A DNA stretch of 64,000 nt from an uncultured Desulfobacterales bacterium (GTDB taxonomy: Bacteria > Desulfobacterota > Desulfobacteria > Desulfobacterales > CAJINA01). A program made the translations under genes and the position numbers. The notes beneath the pieces were generated by a model. The model saw only the letters and a program-made list of their open reading frames with translations, did no database searches and was not told where the DNA came from. This document shows, one piece after another, positions 51,244 to 60,733 of the stretch. The stretch's first letter is position 1. The number at the start of each line of letters is the position of its first letter. Where the stretch lies: the NCBI GenBank assembly GCA_964647585.1, contig CAZYGG010000001.1, forward strand, positions 99,373 to 163,372. The letters run 5' to 3'.

Positions 51244-52197
51244 ATGCATGTCTTGGTAACCGGTGGATGCGGATATGTCGGATCAATATTGGCACCCAAG
51301 CTGCTTGACCGCGGTATACGGGTAACGGTTGTGGATATCATGTGGTTTGGAAATTATCTAAAACCCCATGACAACCTAACCGTTATCCAGGGTGATATTC
51401 GTGACATTGACAGTATACCCATGGATACTGTCGATGCGGTCATTCATTTAGCCAATATCGCCAATGACCCCTGCGGGGATTTAGATGCCAAGCTTTCCTG
51501 GGAAGTCAATGCCCTGGCAACCATGCAGCTGGTTGAAAAGGCAATTGCACGCCATGTCAAAACCTTCATTTATGCCAGTTCCGGAAGCGTATACGGCATA
51601 AAGGATGAACCGCAGGTTACCGAAGATCTACCGCTGGTTCCCATCACCGACTACAACAAGACCAAGATGATCAGTGAGCGAGTCCTCTTGAGCTATCAAG
51701 AAAAGATCAACGTTTTTTGCATTCGCCCTGCCACGGTATGCGGATTTTCGCCGCGGATGCGGTTGGATGTTTCTGTGAATATGCTGACCATGCAGGCCCT
51801 GACAAATGGTAAAATTACAGTATTCGGCGGAAAGCAGACCCGGCCCAATATTCATATCCAGGACCTCACCGATTGTTTTCTCTATCTTTTGGAGAACAAG
51901 ACGATTGCACCCGGGGTGTATAATGCCGGCTTCGAGAACATCTCAATCATGGACATAGCCCGGAAGGTAACTCAACACGTACCGGCCGAAATTGTCGTAA
52001 CCGAATCAAACGACCCCCGTTCCTACCGGTTGAATTCGGATAAACTATTGTCTACCGGATTTAAGCCCGGATACGGTGTTGTCGCCGCAATACAAGAGAT
52101 TATCGCTGCCTTTGAAGACGGGGTATTGAAAGATACCGAAAATTCATACAATATTAAAACTATGAAAAAAAATATCTATGAACCACTGTCAGCATAG
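51244..52197 (+). CDS. NAD-dependent epimerase/dehydratase family protein (extended SDR)
   Basis: VLVTGGCGYVGS, ASSGSVYG, YNKTKM (YxxxK). GAGGAG RBS. Confidence 0.8.
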   Translation: MHVLVTGGCGYVGSILAPKLLDRGIRVTVVDIMWFGNYLKPHDNLTVIQGDIRDIDSIPMDTVDAVIHLANIANDPCGDLDAKLSWEVNALATMQLVEKAIARHVKTFIYASSGSVYGIKDEPQVTEDLPLVPITDYNKTKMISERVLLSYQEKINVFCIRPATVCGFSPRMRLDVSVNMLTMQALTNGKITVFGGKQTRPNIHIQDLTDCFLYLLENKTIAPGVYNAGFENISIMDIARKVTQHVPAEIVVTESNDPRSYRLNSDKLLSTGFKPGYGVVAAIQEIIAAFEDGVLKDTENSYNIKTMKKNIYEPLSA

Positions 52198-53005
52198 TAT
52201 CGCCGAATTAGAGACCATCGCTCGCCGGATTCGCGGAGCCATAGTGGAGTTGTCCCATCGTTCGAAGACAGCCCACCTCGGTTCGGCTTTATCATGCGTT
52301 GATATTTTAGTGGCGGCCTATTGGACTGCATTGAAAATCGATCCGCAGCACCCAGCGGACCCTGAAAGGGACCGGTTTATTCTAAGTAAGGGTCATGCCG
52401 CGGCCGCCCTGTTCACAATACTGGGGGAAAAGGGGTTTTTCAAAAAGGAACGCCTCCATAGCTTTGGGAAAGCCGGCAACTGTCTTGAAGAGCATCCCGG
52501 ACCTGGATGTGTGCCCGGGGTAGAGGCGGCAACCGGTTCCCTCGGGCACGGCCTTTCGCTGGCTCTGGGCATAAGTCTGGCAAGTCGCATTCAAGGAAGA
52601 TCATACCGGGCAGTGACGTTATTGAGTGATGGCGAGTGCAATGAAGGTTCCGTTTGGGAGGCGGCCATGTTTGCCGCCTCTCAACGCCTTGCAAATGTCA
52701 TCGCCATCGTGGACTTTAACAAGTGGCAAGCCACCGGCAGGAGTTGCGAAGTCATGGCCCTCGAACCCCTGGTTGACAAATGGAATGCATTCGGGTGGTC
52801 AGCGCGCGAAATTGACGGACACGATATGCGGACCCTTGTGGATGCTTTCAACATCCCAGATGGATCAGGTAAACCGACGGCAATTATTGCCCATACCGTC
52901 AAGGGCAAGGGGGTGTCGTTTATGGAAGACGATAACAACTGGCATTATCGCATTCCGACGGCAGAAGAAATGATTCAGGCAAAAAAGGAACTGGGGCTGC
53001 TATGA
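52178..53005 (+). CDS. Transketolase, N-terminal (ThDP pyrophosphate-binding) subunit
   Basis: HLGSALSCVDIL, SKGHAAAALF, GSLGHGLSLA, LSDGECNEGSVWEA. Confidence 0.85.
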   Translation: MNHCQHSIAELETIARRIRGAIVELSHRSKTAHLGSALSCVDILVAAYWTALKIDPQHPADPERDRFILSKGHAAAALFTILGEKGFFKKERLHSFGKAGNCLEEHPGPGCVPGVEAATGSLGHGLSLALGISLASRIQGRSYRAVTLLSDGECNEGSVWEAAMFAASQRLANVIAIVDFNKWQATGRSCEVMALEPLVDKWNAFGWSAREIDGHDMRTLVDAFNIPDGSGKPTAIIAHTVKGKGVSFMEDDNNWHYRIPTAEEMIQAKKELGLL

Positions 53006-53925
53006 GAAACGCGTTTGCATCTGAAATTAAGGCCCTGGCCGCAAAAGATGAAAAGGTTGTGTTGTTGTCGGGTGACATTGGGAACCGCCTGTTTAACCCC
53101 TATAAAGAAGCATTCCCGAACCGCTTTTATAATTGTGGGGTTGCCGAGGCCAATATGACCAGCATGGCGGCAGGGATGGCCATGTGTGGCCTGAAACCTG
53201 TCACGTATACTATTGCACCATTCAACACCACGCGATGCCTGGAACAGATCCGCGTGGATCTTTGTTATCATAACCTGCCTGTGATCGTTATTGGCGTCGG
53301 GGCAGGACTGGCATATGCCAATCTTGGGGCAACCCATCACGCCTGCGAAGATATCGCTTTACTCAGATCACTCCCGAACATGTGTGTGGTTTGTCCCGGG
53401 GATGCGGTTGAGGTCAAGCTTGCATTAAGGGCGGCTTTGCATCACGCTGGTCCTGTTTACATCCGACTGGGCAAAAAAAACGAGCCGGTTATCCATCTGC
53501 AAGATCCGGATTTCAAAATCGGCAGGGGCATCATTGTAGAGGAAGGCAGCGCAGTCTGCCTGTTGAGTACCGGAAACATGCTGCCGGTTGCCATAGAAGC
53601 CGGCAAACTGCTGCGCAATCGGGGAATTACGGCCCGGGTGGTTAGTATGCATACGGTTAAGCCCCTGGATGCTGAACTACTGCAACAGACCTTCTCTAAT
53701 TTCAAACTGGTTGCCACAGTGGAAGAACATAGTCTTATAGGCGGATTGGGCGGCAGTATTGCAGAATGGCTGATTGATCAACCACTCCCCAGTACCAGAT
53801 TGTTACGCTTTGGCTCCGAGGATAATTTTCTACACTATAGTGGAAATCAGGAAAATGCCCGACAAATTCTCGGCCTGACCGCTCAAAACATCTGTGAAAG
53901 CGTTATAAATGAAAATCGGGATTGA
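53002..53925 (+). CDS. Transketolase, C-terminal (pyrimidine-binding) subunit
   Basis: LSGDIGN, CGVAEANMTSMAAGMA, ATHHACEDIALLRSLPNM. ATGA overlap with the previous gene. Confidence 0.85.
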   Translation: MRNAFASEIKALAAKDEKVVLLSGDIGNRLFNPYKEAFPNRFYNCGVAEANMTSMAAGMAMCGLKPVTYTIAPFNTTRCLEQIRVDLCYHNLPVIVIGVGAGLAYANLGATHHACEDIALLRSLPNMCVVCPGDAVEVKLALRAALHHAGPVYIRLGKKNEPVIHLQDPDFKIGRGIIVEEGSAVCLLSTGNMLPVAIEAGKLLRNRGITARVVSMHTVKPLDAELLQQTFSNFKLVATVEEHSLIGGLGGSIAEWLIDQPLPSTRLLRFGSEDNFLHYSGNQENARQILGLTAQNICESVINENRD

Positions 53926-54541
53926 TTTTGATAACACCATCATTTGTTACGATGACATTTTTCACAAGGTGGCCTGCGAAAAGAAATTGATACCGCCTGA
54001 GCTTACCAGAACCAAAGAGGCGGTGAAAAAATATCTTCTGGCCCGGGAACGGGAGGATATCTGGACCGAACTGCAGGGATATGTCTACGGAACAAGGTTG
54101 ATAGAAGCCGCGCCGTTTCCAGGATTACCAAAATTTTTCAGTTTTTGCCGGGAGAATGATATCCAGACCTGTATCATAAGCCATAAGACCCGCTACCCCT
54201 ACAAGGGAAGAAAATATGACTTGCATGCGGCGGCCCACACCTGGCTTGAAAGCCAGGGATGGTTACACTCGGACAAGGTGGTATTTAAAAGAAAAAATGT
54301 TTTTTTTGAACCCACAAAAGCCGAAAAAATATACCGTATAAAAGAAACCCAATGCACTCATTTCATAGATGATCTGCCTGATTTGCTATCTGATCCGATT
54401 TTTCCTGAAGGCGTAAACCGGCTATTGTTTGATCCCAATCAGAATCACATTAAGATCCATGACTTTAAGCGTGTTTCCAACTGGGATGAAATTACGGGTT
54501 TCTTCCGTGACAAACATGAACCCCGCCCCAACCAGCCATGA
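53909..54541 (+). CDS. HAD-superfamily-like protein (possible phosphatase)
   Basis: The N-terminal IGIDFDNTI fits the DxDxT motif. There is little else to go on. Confidence 0.45.
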   Translation: MKIGIDFDNTIICYDDIFHKVACEKKLIPPELTRTKEAVKKYLLAREREDIWTELQGYVYGTRLIEAAPFPGLPKFFSFCRENDIQTCIISHKTRYPYKGRKYDLHAAAHTWLESQGWLHSDKVVFKRKNVFFEPTKAEKIYRIKETQCTHFIDDLPDLLSDPIFPEGVNRLLFDPNQNHIKIHDFKRVSNWDEITGFFRDKHEPRPNQP

Positions 54542-54544
54542 ATT

Positions 54545-55561
54545 ATGGACCGTAACATTCTAAATATCGCTGAAAACCTGCTTCATACCGCTGGCTTTCA
54601 GGAAATATCAGGGGTGACGCCGCTCGAATGCGGCGGGAACAACCGGGTTTATAGAATTGACGGCCCGACGGGACCCTTCCTCCTAAAATCATATTTTCAC
54701 CACCCTTCCGACCGACGAAATCGTATGAGAAGCGAGTTTGCTTTCCTGTCCTTCTGCTGGGACCTGGGCATCCAAGTTATCCCGAGACCTTTGGCCTGCG
54801 ATAATCATAACCGTGTCGCCCTTTATGAGTTTATTCAGGGGGAAAAAATCAAAGCCGATGAAATCTCTGAGAGCCATATACTTCAGTTTCTCGGTTTTTA
54901 TTCTAAAATAAATCGTTTGAAAGTATCGCAAAGAGCCTACCAACTGCCGGATGCTTCTGAAGCCTGCTTCAGCATAAATGACCATCTTGCCTGCATCGAT
55001 AACCGCATCGAGCGTTTAAAAAAAATCCCCGCTACAAATCCTATTGACACCGAAGCCATAGAATTCATACAGGCAAGCTTGCTGCCACTTTGGTTACACA
55101 CCAAAAATAACGCCCATCGTTATATAAGTACCCATAACATCAACCCGTCAGAAACCATTGACCCCGTTGACCGCTGCCTGTCACCATCGGATTTCGGTTT
55201 TCACAATGCTTTAAAACAAGGCGAGATGTTACGCTTTATTGATTTTGAGTATGCCGGTTGGGATGATTCTGCAAAAATGATATGCGATTTTTTTTGTCAA
55301 CCGGAAATTCCGGTGCCCGTGCGTTATGTCGATATGTTCCTTGAGTCTGTCGCCAGCGGTCTTTCCAAGCCCTCAGACCTACATCGCCGCGTGCGGGTTT
55401 TATTTCCGGCATACAGGATAAAATGGGTCTGTATTATGCTAAATGTATTTCATCCTGTTGATCATTTACGGTTTAATTTTGCACTTCAGGGAATGGATCT
55501 GGGGAAGAAAAAGCGACTCCAGTTGGAAAAAGCCTGCCGGGCTATTAAATGCTGCCAATAG
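54545..55561 (+). CDS. Phosphotransferase of the APH / choline-ethanolamine kinase family
   Basis: SPSDFGFHNAL and FIDFEYAGWDD (Brenner and DFE motifs). Confidence 0.7.
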   Translation: MDRNILNIAENLLHTAGFQEISGVTPLECGGNNRVYRIDGPTGPFLLKSYFHHPSDRRNRMRSEFAFLSFCWDLGIQVIPRPLACDNHNRVALYEFIQGEKIKADEISESHILQFLGFYSKINRLKVSQRAYQLPDASEACFSINDHLACIDNRIERLKKIPATNPIDTEAIEFIQASLLPLWLHTKNNAHRYISTHNINPSETIDPVDRCLSPSDFGFHNALKQGEMLRFIDFEYAGWDDSAKMICDFFCQPEIPVPVRYVDMFLESVASGLSKPSDLHRRVRVLFPAYRIKWVCIMLNVFHPVDHLRFNFALQGMDLGKKKRLQLEKACRAIKCCQ

Positions 55562-55601
55562 CACACATCTATACGGAAACATCACCAGGAGGAAAAACCT
55601 G

Positions 55602-56276
55602 ATGGGACAGTATATTGACTTTATGTCCGTTGTCCACAAAAGCACAAAACGCGATTATCTTGCCAGGGTAAACGAGCCTGAATACCCCAAGGCCAAAGCC
55701 GCCGAACTTGCCAAGCAATGGGATTTCGATTACTGGGATGGCGATCGCCGCATCAACTATGGTGGCTATCGCTATATAGAAGGACGCTGGGAAAAAGTCG
55801 CCCGGGCCATGGCTGAGCATTATGGGCTCCGGGCTGGCGATAAAATTCTTGATGTCGGCTGTGGGAAAGGGTTTTTGTTGTTTGATTTTACCAAAGTTGT
55901 TCCCGGTATAGAGGTTACCGGCATTGATATCTCTGACTATGCCATCCGCAACAGCAAGACTGAGGTAAGCAAGCATCTACAGGTCTGCAATGCCACATCA
56001 TTGCCGTTTCAAGACAATTCATTCGACTTTATCTATTCCCTGAACACTCTGCATAACCTATATTGTTACGAACTTGCAGACGCCCTTCAGGAGATGGAAA
56101 GAGTCGGAAAGCATCATAAGTATGTCTGCGTCGAGTCGTACCGCAATGAAGAAGAAAAGGCAAACCTGCTGTATTGGCAGGTGACTTGTGAATCATTCTG
56201 TACCCCAGCGGAATGGAAATGGTGGTTCAAAAAAACAGGCTATACCGGAGACCATTCATTCATTTTTTTTGAATAG
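55602..56276 (+). CDS. Class I SAM-dependent methyltransferase
   Basis: ILDVGCGKGFLL motif I. AGGAGG RBS before ATG 55602. The 55443 start overlaps the previous gene. Confidence 0.75.
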   Translation: MGQYIDFMSVVHKSTKRDYLARVNEPEYPKAKAAELAKQWDFDYWDGDRRINYGGYRYIEGRWEKVARAMAEHYGLRAGDKILDVGCGKGFLLFDFTKVVPGIEVTGIDISDYAIRNSKTEVSKHLQVCNATSLPFQDNSFDFIYSLNTLHNLYCYELADALQEMERVGKHHKYVCVESYRNEEEKANLLYWQVTCESFCTPAEWKWWFKKTGYTGDHSFIFFE

Positions 56277-56305
56277 CAGGTTGAAAAGATAAAGACAGGT
56301 AAATT

Positions 56306-57346
56306 ATGAAAAGTCTGGCTGCAATTTTGGTAGAACAGAACAAACCGCTGGCGCTTGAGGAAGTTGAAATCCCGAGACTAACCTTTGGTCAGGTTCTGGT
56401 GAAGCTGCTATACAGCGGCATTTGCGGATCCCAGTTAGGTGAAATTGATGGTGTAAAGGGTAAAGACCGCTACCTGCCCCATCTACTGGGCCATGAAGGC
56501 ACCGGTGAGGTTCTCGAATGTGGTGAAGGTGTGACAACCGTGAAAGCAGGCCAACGGGTTGTCCTGCATTGGAGAAAAGGATCGGGGATAGAAGCCCCCA
56601 CACCAAGGTATGACTCCTCAAAATTTGGCAAGATCAATGGGGGTTGGGTAACCACTTTCAACCAGTATGCCGTGGTCTCAGAGGATCGTATGACGGTAAT
56701 CCCTCACGATTTAGATCCTGGAATCGGGGCCTTGATGGGATGCGCGGTTACCACGGGACTCGGCGTGATCAACAACAATGCCAGAGTTAAAATTGGTGAG
56801 TCCCTGGTGGTTTGGGGAGCTGGTGGGATCGGCCTGAACATTGTACAGGGAGCCGCACTGGTAGCTGCCCATCCGATAATCGCCATCGACCTTTTTGATA
56901 AAAAACTGGCTCTGTCAAAAAAAATGGGCGCCACGCATACCCTGAATGGCAGCACGGCTAATATAGAAGAAGAGATCTTTAATATTTGTGGGAAAAATGG
57001 AGCAGATGTTGTTATTGATAATACCGGGAATCCGAAAATTATTGAAAGCGCTTATAAAATTACGAGTTCCACAGGACGCACAGTTCTGGTAGGCGTCCCC
57101 CCGGAAGGAAGGCAAACCAAGATTTTTACACTCCCCTTGCATTTTGAAAAAAGCATCACCGGTTCCCATGGTGGTGAATCCCGGCCGTCACTCGACATTC
57201 CAAAATACATAAAACTTTACCAGGCTGGAAAACTTCAACTAGATGCCCTCATTACAGATCGCTTTGGGCTGACTGATATAAATACCGCCATCACCAAAAT
57301 GCGGGACGGGGCGATAGCCGGCCGGTGCCTTTTGAAAATGTGGTAA
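56306..57346 (+). CDS. Zinc-dependent medium-chain alcohol dehydrogenase family protein
   Basis: GICGSQLGEIDG, GHEGTGEVLE, VWGAGGIGL. Confidence 0.8.
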   Translation: MKSLAAILVEQNKPLALEEVEIPRLTFGQVLVKLLYSGICGSQLGEIDGVKGKDRYLPHLLGHEGTGEVLECGEGVTTVKAGQRVVLHWRKGSGIEAPTPRYDSSKFGKINGGWVTTFNQYAVVSEDRMTVIPHDLDPGIGALMGCAVTTGLGVINNNARVKIGESLVVWGAGGIGLNIVQGAALVAAHPIIAIDLFDKKLALSKKMGATHTLNGSTANIEEEIFNICGKNGADVVIDNTGNPKIIESAYKITSSTGRTVLVGVPPEGRQTKIFTLPLHFEKSITGSHGGESRPSLDIPKYIKLYQAGKLQLDALITDRFGLTDINTAITKMRDGAIAGRCLLKMW

Positions 57347-57432
57347 CAACCAATCGATTTTTACATAAATGTTCGACCGGCGCCAACGTATGTCGCGGTT
57401 TAACTATCGAAAAAAATTGAAATAGTATACCT

Positions 57433-58896
57433 ATGAATCTATACACAAAAATACAAAACCTTGCCAAAAATCGCCGCATTGTTTTCCTGTCTGGTAATTT
57501 CAATATTTTACATCCAGGGCACTTCAGACTCATTCGATTTGCCAAGGAAAGTGGTGATTTTCTTGTGGTCGGGGTGTTAAATGATTCATCCATAGGCGCC
57601 TTTATCGATGAAAAATTACGGCTTGAAAGTATACAGTCGATCCATTGGATTGATTATTCCTTTATTCTTCAAGAACCGCCTGAAGTTTTTATTAAAAATT
57701 TAAAGCCCGCCATTGTTGTAAAAGGAAGTGAACATGAGTTTGCCTACAATCATGAAACAGACATTGTGGCTGAATATGGCGGCAAACTGCTGTTCAGTTC
57801 CGGTGACCCTTCTTTTTCCTCATTAGATCTGCTCCGCAGTGAATGGCGTGATTTAAATTATCTGCCTATAAAAAAACCCCACAATTATCTCTCACGTCAC
57901 GATTTGGATGCTAATAAGTTATTGGGAATATTGGAGCGGATGAAACGTCTTAAAGTTTGTGTTATCGGAGACCTTATCGTTGACGAATATATTACCTGCG
58001 ACACCCTGGGCGTGTCTCAAGAAGATCCGACGATTGTAGTTACCCCTGTCATGCAAAAGCAGTTTATAGGGGGGGCCGGGATTGTAGCCGCCCACGCTAA
58101 GGGGCTCGGCGGTACGGTTAATTATTTCTCTATTTCAGGGTGTGATGCGACGGCCGCTTTCGCACGGCCCCTGTTTGAAGAATATGGCGTTGCCGCTCAT
58201 CTTTATGAGGACGACAGCCGGCCAACCACCCTCAAGCAGCGTTATCGAGCCGCCGACAAAACCCTTTTGCGGGTAAATCACCTGCGCCACCACGATATCA
58301 ACGCTGAATTGCGACAAACCATAATGGCCAATATCCTTGAAACCCTTGAAGAAACAGATTTATTGGTTTTTGCGGATTTTAATTATGGGTGTTTGCCGCA
58401 ACTTTTAGTTTCGGAAATTATTGAAGTGTGTCGAAAACGCAAAATCATGATGGCCGCCGACAGTCAGTCTTCATCTCAGGTAGGCGATGTTTCCCGCTTT
58501 TGCCATACGGCCCTCATGACTCCAACTGAACGTGAAGTTCGCCTGGCATTGCAGGATTTTAATTCAGGCTTAGTCGTTTTAGCGGAAAAGTTGAGAACGG
58601 AAACAAATGCCGAAAACGTCATTGTCACGCTGGGCGCGGAAGGCCTGCTTATACAAACGGGTATCACTAAAAACAACCAGTGGCCAACAGACCGACTGCC
58701 AGCATTAAATTCAGCCCCTAAAGATATCGCCGGCGCCGGTGACTCTCTGCTTACTTGTGCTGCCATGGCGCTGGCCGCCGGGGCCGACGTCTGGCAGGCG
58801 GCCTACCTGGGATCGCTCGCGGCAGCCTGCCAGGTTGGACGCATTGGCAACATCCCGCTCACCTGCAATGAGATAGAGTCCGAAATACTCAAATAG
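57433..58896 (+). CDS. Bifunctional cytidylyl/adenylyltransferase-like (N-terminal) plus PfkB sugar kinase (C-terminal). HldE-like with reversed domain order.
   Basis: N-terminus FLSGNFNILHPGHFRLIRFAKESGDFLVVGV (HxGH). C-terminus VCVIGDLIVDEYITCDTLGVSQEDPTIVV...GGAGIVA...DIAGAGDS (PfkB). Confidence 0.75.
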   Translation: MNLYTKIQNLAKNRRIVFLSGNFNILHPGHFRLIRFAKESGDFLVVGVLNDSSIGAFIDEKLRLESIQSIHWIDYSFILQEPPEVFIKNLKPAIVVKGSEHEFAYNHETDIVAEYGGKLLFSSGDPSFSSLDLLRSEWRDLNYLPIKKPHNYLSRHDLDANKLLGILERMKRLKVCVIGDLIVDEYITCDTLGVSQEDPTIVVTPVMQKQFIGGAGIVAAHAKGLGGTVNYFSISGCDATAAFARPLFEEYGVAAHLYEDDSRPTTLKQRYRAADKTLLRVNHLRHHDINAELRQTIMANILETLEETDLLVFADFNYGCLPQLLVSEIIEVCRKRKIMMAADSQSSSQVGDVSRFCHTALMTPTEREVRLALQDFNSGLVVLAEKLRTETNAENVIVTLGAEGLLIQTGITKNNQWPTDRLPALNSAPKDIAGAGDSLLTCAAMALAAGADVWQAAYLGSLAAACQVGRIGNIPLTCNEIESEILK

Positions 58897-58982
58897 GCCT
58901 TGTCACGATTAAAACCTCTCATGTTCCCCATAACACTTTTTAAATTTTTAAATACTGAACGGGACTTTGAACGCGTGTAAAT

Positions 58983-60191
58983 ATGATATGCCGGCTTTGT
59001 GAAAAAAATGATGTAAGACAGATTATCGATTTTGGAAGACAACCCATCGTCCACAATCTTTTACGCAACCCGGATGATTCTTATAAACTTTACCCATTCC
59101 GGTTGGGAAAATGTGAAACGTGTGGCTTTCTGCAATTAATGGACTGTATCCCTCCAGAAATATTGTACCAGGATTATTTTACCCTTAGCGGTTGGAAACA
59201 GCAACCCCACATCCCCAAACTGTTAAGGCTTGTCGAAACAATTTTCAAAACTGACAAACAATCGGCTATTATTGAAATCGGCTGCAATGACGGCTCCTTT
59301 CTGGAGCATCTGCGCAACAGGGGTCTTACCAGTTTATTAGGTATCGAGCCTACCGGCGATAGCTACCAGGTAGCGCAATCAAAAGGCTTTGATGTTATTA
59401 ATGACTTCTTCAGTTATGAAAAGGCGATTGACTTGGTAAGTTTTGGAGATAAATTTGACCTGGTAATTGCAAGGCAAGTTTTGGAACATATCGCGGATTT
59501 AGACAACTTCCTGAAAGGGATCCGGAAAGTCCTGAAAAACAATGGCAATGTCTTACTGGAAATACCGGACGCGAGCATCCACGTTGACTACCTGGATTAT
59601 TCTTTCTGGGAAGAACACGTAAACTATTTCACCTTGAATACGGTAACCCATCTTTTGGCTAAACACGGATTTAGGATATTGCACAGTGAAAGTGTAAAAT
59701 TCTCCGGTTTGGCATTGATTGTACTGGCGGAAAAATCATCATTACCCCTAAAACCATCCGATCCAGCCCTGAATAAAGCCGAAATTGAGCGGATGTTGCC
59801 GTTAGAAAATAACTGGCCCGCATTTAAACATAACTACCAGGAAAACCTCAGCCGCTTAAAAGAGAAGGACAAAGAAATCGCAGTCTTTGGCTGTGGATGC
59901 CGGTCTTCAACCATTGTAAACTTTCTTTCGATCGGGGCCCATTTGTCCGGTTACATTGACGATCGCAAAGAGAAACAAAACCATTATGTTCCGGGCAATT
60001 TATTACCGGTTTATTCCAGAGAAAGCCTGCAGACTCAAAAAATCAATCATGTCATCCTGGGGGTTAATGCCGAAAATGAGGAAAAAGTGATTCAATCAAA
60101 TCAATTCAATGAGAATCGAATCTCGTTTGAGTCTGTACTGCCGCCGAGTATGAACCTTCCAGATTTCTGGCAAGAGGTGATTTCTAAATGA
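58983..60191 (+). CDS. SAM-dependent C-methyltransferase (NDP-hexose C-methyltransferase type) with an N-terminal Zn ribbon
   Basis: CRLCEKN...CETCGF, IIEIGCNDGSFL, and a C-terminal Methyltransf_14-like region. Confidence 0.7.
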   Translation: MICRLCEKNDVRQIIDFGRQPIVHNLLRNPDDSYKLYPFRLGKCETCGFLQLMDCIPPEILYQDYFTLSGWKQQPHIPKLLRLVETIFKTDKQSAIIEIGCNDGSFLEHLRNRGLTSLLGIEPTGDSYQVAQSKGFDVINDFFSYEKAIDLVSFGDKFDLVIARQVLEHIADLDNFLKGIRKVLKNNGNVLLEIPDASIHVDYLDYSFWEEHVNYFTLNTVTHLLAKHGFRILHSESVKFSGLALIVLAEKSSLPLKPSDPALNKAEIERMLPLENNWPAFKHNYQENLSRLKEKDKEIAVFGCGCRSSTIVNFLSIGAHLSGYIDDRKEKQNHYVPGNLLPVYSRESLQTQKINHVILGVNAENEEKVIQSNQFNENRISFESVLPPSMNLPDFWQEVISK

Positions 60192-60733
60192 CGATCAACC
60201 TGCTCACAGAGTCCATGGTTATAAGTGATGAGGTGTTGGTAGCTAAAAACCCAACTATTACAGTCAGCCATAAAACAATCGCAGACTTACTGGCGTTGTC
60301 AAATAATAACACCCGCAAAAGAATGCGCCTTTGTGCGCATAAGTATCCGGACGATCCTGTCCACGAGATGTTTATAGTACTCCAGAGGGGCAATTATATT
60401 CGCCCGCATAAACACCTCGATAAAGCCGAGTCGCTTCTTCTTTTATCTGGAAAAGCCGACCTTATAACCTTTGACGACCAGGGGCGCGCTACCGGGAGAA
60501 TGGCCCTGGGACCTTTTGGGTCCGGGTCCGGGGGATTTTATCATAAAATGGGAAAAGCCGTCTACCACACCTTGATCATCAAATCTGAATATATCGCTTT
60601 TCTTGAAATCGCCAAGGGTCCATTTAAACCAGAAAAGACAGTGTTTGCGCGCTGGGCCCCCCGGGAAGGAGAAGCGAAAAAAATCAGATTATTCTATGAA
60701 CAAATTGACACCACGGGATACTGCCATGAGTGA
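60188..60733 (+). CDS. WbuC-family cupin protein
   Basis: NNTRKRMRLCAHKYPDDPVHEMFIVLQRGNYIRPHKH...ESLLLLSGKADLITFDDQG fits the WbuC pattern. Confidence 0.65.
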   Translation: MTINLLTESMVISDEVLVAKNPTITVSHKTIADLLALSNNNTRKRMRLCAHKYPDDPVHEMFIVLQRGNYIRPHKHLDKAESLLLLSGKADLITFDDQGRATGRMALGPFGSGSGGFYHKMGKAVYHTLIIKSEYIAFLEIAKGPFKPEKTVFARWAPREGEAKKIRLFYEQIDTTGYCHE

